Assembly (NCBI GenBank): GCA_964035545.1
Contig: OZ037765.1
Span: 34,992,080-35,056,079 of the forward strand
Direction of reading: 5' to 3'
Origin: Bugula neritina
Taxonomy: Eukaryota; Animalia; Bryozoa
DNA: 64,000 bases
Shown one piece after another: positions 59,294 to 64,000 of the stretch (position 1 is its first letter; every line of letters starts with the position of its first letter). The translations under genes were made by a program, and so were the position numbers. The notes under the pieces are model-generated. The model saw nothing but the letters and a program-made list of their open reading frames with translations, was not told the origin of the DNA and did no database searches.

Positions 59294-61826
59294 TATACTT
59301 AATTTTACTTTTACTTTTAGTTTTAGACTTGTACTTGTAGTTCAAGTTGTAGTTAATCACTTAAACTTAAAGTTAATGTTATTGTTATAGTTTAAGTTAC
59401 ACCTACCTATATAAATACTTAAAATAGTTATATATAGTTACACTTACTATACTTATAGTTATAGATTAAATAAAATACTTATATAATTATTAGTCTTAAT
59501 GACCTTTGAACGTTCACCTACTGTGTTATTATAATATTTTTTATAATTATTGGAATTATTTTGCAGGCAAAACATTAGTCATTCATGTTTTCACATGCCT
59601 TTTTGCACTTCTATCGAAATACACCCTCTTGCGCCAAAGAGAGTTTGGGTTTGTCCTTCCTTATAGTGGTTGAAGGCTAGTAAGCATTATTGATTGTTTA
59701 TAGCATCGTCATTGTGATGGCGCTTGCCAACAGAAAGCAGACGAGGCGAGTCTTTGAAAACTGATCATTGTAACAACGTCATCATTTTCAGCATCATCAG
59801 TAAAAAGTACTGTGAGTATTGAGGAATAATTTGTTGTGCTATCAAGTATCAATATCACCAACTAAGTTTTTTTTATACTGGGCTCTTTGACTTCAATTGA
59901 TATTATAATTATTATAAATTTGTTATTATAAATAAAAATATATTTATAATAAGGATAATTTATTAATTATTATTATTTAAATCGTACTTATACTTCTTTA
60001 CTTTTAGTTTTAGGTAATCGAAAGACTAGAACTAGAAGTTTAAGTTAAAGTTGAATGATTAATCTAAAAGTAAATGTAAATCTTATAAATTATAATATTA
60101 ATTATATCGTCATCTTCATCTTGGTAATTACTAATTACTATTAGTATAAGTATTAGTAATACTTATAGTTATACTAACAATCACAATGTCAATATAACTA
60201 TAAGTATAAGTAATAACTAATAGTAAAACTAAACTAATAAGTAATACTAATACTAATAGACATAGTAATACTGATACTGATAGTCATAGTGATACTGATA
60301 GCTATACTAATACAGTAATAGATTTAGTAATACTAATAGTAATACTACTACTAGTAGTACAGTAGCACTGGTACTACGTCTACCGTACTAGTACTAGTAG
60401 TACTGCTAGTAGTAGTAATAATACTACTAGTACTACTATTACATTAGTGTTACTATTAGTATTAGTTTAAACTTATAGTTAATCATATTGTTATACTAAT
60501 ACTTATACTATTAGTAATTGTATAAGTATTAGTATAACATTATGATTAACTATAACTCTATAAGTATAAACTAATGCTAATAGTAATAGTAATACTAGTA
60601 TCCATATTACTGTTATAATGTAACTACAATCATTATTGATCTAATAAGATTATACTAATTAGTATCCTAATAATCATCATATAAATTATAGGAGTAATAT
60701 TCAACTGTTACTTAGATTACAAGTTGTACTCAAACATACTGAGCCTGATGCTTATATAATAAAACTTGAAAGATATTATATTCATATTAATATGGTTGTA
60801 TATCTGTTATAGTAATTCTCATACCCGTGCCAGTTGTGGCACTATATTGTGACAATTAAATGTATAGCCATTCTCTCACTGATATTAGTACAACTAAAAG
60901 TCTCGACTGTTGTTATAAGTAACTTGGCACTGCTTTTTTAAGTCTTAAAGTTTGTAGTGCAAATTTTTTCCAATATATAGTTGTAGCTTACTAATTGTGG
61001 GCAAGGGTTACCACTCCCTTGTAGCCTGTGTGCTCTGCTAATCTCCATCACTTGTTGGGTTCGTGTCTAGTGGAAGTCCATTATTGCGTTAGGTTTGGGA
61101 AAGTTATAAACACTTAACAGTACTAACTCTTCATGAAAGGGAACCAATGCCAACTTAAAATCTGCAACTTTGTATCTGCCCTGCGTCTTTTGTTGGATTA
61201 CTGATTTAAAAGCTGTGGTGAACAAAGTTCCTTCTTAAACTTCTATAATTATGGCTGATGCAAAATTTGACCGGCAATATAAATGCAATTAATTCCCTAT
61301 TTCTATGAAGCTTACAAACACATTTCATAAGTATTGGGATAAATCTACTCAGCATACTTGAAACACACAGTGTTATTCTGTGACTAGACAGCAGGGTGGC
61401 TGTACTCTATTCAGAGATTACTGTAATATGCAATTAAGGTGCTATTCATGCTGCTTGGCCAGCAGGTGCTGTAAACACTTTGATGAAGGGGTTGCAAGAC
61501 TCCAATACCATCTAATAATTCTAGCTTGTATTCAATATACACTTAGCTAAGCTCAGTTTCACATCTTCAGCACTGCACAGGTGATATTTCTTCTCTAGCT
61601 CAAATAATACTGTAACAGGTTTGGAATATTGTATATATATTTATATTCAATCAATGTGAACATAACATCATCAATGTATAGTGTATGAGAGCTAACAAAA
61701 ATTTAATATTTGCAATATGAAAAGCATAATAAGCAAGGTGTGCCATGTGGTGTTCACACTACAGCTTTTGGTCTGCATTCACCACCTGTTACTCACAGCT
61801 GTCTCTCTATCTGTATTCGGTTGTTG

Positions 61827-62183
61827 AGTGTTAGTATATAGTGTTAGTATATATAGTATATAGTGTTAGTATATAGTGTTAGTATATATAGTATATAGTG
61901 TTTGTATATAGTGTTAGTGTACAATATATAGTTATATAGTGTTAGTATACAATATATAGTTATATACTGTTAGTATATAGTGTTAGTATATAGTGTTAGT
62001 ATATATAGTTACATAGTGTTAGTATATAGTGTTAGTATATATAGTATATAGTGTTAGTATATAGTGTTAGTATATATAGTTATATAGTGTTAGTATATAG
62101 TGTTAGTATATACATAGTTATGCAGTGTTAGTATATAGTGTTAGTATATACATAGTTATGCAGTGTTGGTATATACATAGTTA
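61827..62183. repeat. Degenerate AGTGTTAGTATAT-based repeat
   Basis: Direct reading. Confidence 0.9.
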
Positions 62184-62749
62184 AATACTACTAGTGCACA
62201 TACACTGCATTTCCATGAAGACAATGGATTCGTTTAGCATTCCTAGATTACATTGAAAGAAAACCGCAAGATTCTATGCAAATGCGCCAGCTGAATTAAA
62301 ATGTAAATCAATGTGGCCAACTTTGAGTTAGTGCTCATTCACTATGACAATTAAATCACCACATCTACCCCTAATTTTGCTAGATTAAATTCACTAAATA
62401 CACAAACTTTGATTCAATTTGTTTTAAATTGAAATAACTGAACCAGTGGAGGCATAAAGTGCTGTGTGACCAGTAAACCAAAGCTTGAGAGTAATTTAAA
62501 ATTTCAAAATGAAAATAACTGTCAATTTATTTTTAGCTTTGGCTTATAGAAAAGTTTTATAGATTTAAGATGATTGGTGATTATTCTAAATAATAGCAGC
62601 TAAGATAAATAAAATAATTTAAATAGTTGTTATGGAATGAACTGCACTTTAGCATAGAAAGGTTATAACTTATAACTATGTAAGTAGCAGCCACAAAGGG
62701 CTTTCTTTGATATAATGAAGGACCCATTTCCAACGTTAGCATAATGCAA

Positions 62750-63405
62750 TGTTATATATTGTTAGTATATAGTGTTAGTATAATATATATAGGTATGTGC
62801 TGTTAGTATATATAGTTATGTACTGTTAGTATATATAGTTATGTACTGTTAGTATATTATAGTGTTAGTATAATATATATAGGTATGTGCTGTTAGTATA
62901 TATAGTTATGTACTGTTAGTATATTATAGTGTTAGTATAATATATATAGGTATGTGCTGTTGGTATATATATAGTTATGTACTGTTAGTATATATAGTTA
63001 TGTACTGTTAGTATATTATAGTGTTAGTATAATATAATATATAGGTATGTGCTGTTAGTATATATATAGTTATATACTGTTAGTATATGTAGTTAAGTGC
63101 TGTTAGTATATACAGTTATGTACTGTTAGTATATATAGTTATGTACTGTTAGTATATTATAGTGTTAGTATAATATATATAGGTATGTGCTGTTAGTATA
63201 TATAGTTATGTACTGTTAGTATATATAGTTATGTACTGTTAGTATATTATAGTGTTAGTATAATATATATAGGTATGTGCTGTTAGTATATATAGTTATG
63301 TACTGTTAGTATATGTAGTTAAGTGCTGTTAGTATATACAGTTATGTACTGTTAGTATATACAGTTATATAGTTAGTAGATATGTAGTAATATAATGTTA
63401 GTATA
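62750..63405. repeat. Compound TGTTAGTATAT-based repeat with higher-order structure
   Basis: Direct reading; shares its core with 61827-62183. Confidence 0.9.
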
Positions 63406-64000
63406 CCTGCTTGGCTAAAAGATATTACTGAGTCATGATTAATTATTCTAGTAATCAGTTAATTAGGCTATTAGTTACCACTAGTAAGGCAGGATATGCT
63501 GAGCTGCATTCATACTGACTAGGCCATTAGATGCTCACAGCTAAACAGTGTATGACTTGCCTCACAAAAGCTGTAGTGTGAACTAGGCATGAGACAGGCA
63601 GTAGAAGAGTATATAATGTTATATTGTCACTGCAACAACTGTTAAGAATAGCTGTTCTGCTTAGCACACAGGACTTGTTTGAAAATAGTTAGAAACGCCA
63701 TTTCATGTTGGGAGAAATTCCGTTTAAGCAATCTCTGTTTTGATAAAATTATTATAGAGCAAGTCTGTTTTCACTCTGTGTAATATACTATTTACTTCAA
63801 AGGTACTTTATCATGAAATTTAGGAAAAAAGAAAAGTTTCCTTAGATGAGTAAAAGAGCATTCTAGTCTGGCTGGTACATTTCCACCAACTGGTTCTCCT
63901 GTTTTCTTGCAATAAGCAATACTGACTCGTCTAACTCTATCTTGTATCTGTGAGTGTGCAGATACAATATTATGGCTATTAAATTGTTAAAAGAAACATT

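Overview
AT-rich, intron-containing animal (invertebrate) genomic DNA. 1-8065: two head-to-head Ty3/Gypsy LTR retrotransposons. One runs off the window edge and has a -1 gag-pol frameshift; the other is complete, Mag-like, with identical 145-bp LTRs and a 5-bp TSD. 9.5-26.1 kb: three tandem 5-exon COMTD1/CCoAOMT-family O-methyltransferase genes whose exon 3 is homogenised while other exons have diverged. A two-ORF CR1/L2-group LINE lies upstream of the third copy. 26.6-57.5 kb: four conserved genes, PKNOX/Prep (-), TRAPPC4 (+), SRRM2/CWC21 (-) and GLOD4 (-); most of their introns carry their own private minisatellite, including a 5.8-kb 14-mer array. Also present: a TA-flanked non-autonomous DNA transposon, two 5'-truncated LINEs and a probable Nin/Deu-domain SINE. 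Most striking unexplained signals: (1) islands near gene 5' ends built from a shared vocabulary of hexamer-pair words, in which all three LINE 3' ends sit; (2) LINE tails made of tandem 5' splice-site consensus; (3) single-exon gene conversion in the OMT cluster; (4) intronic repeats that amplify splice signals (U1 5'-end mimics, poison acceptors); (5) an AUG-less LINE ORF2 with an in-frame GGGAAAC slippery site. Gene models were built by hand from GT-AG junctions and protein-family recall; no database searches were run.
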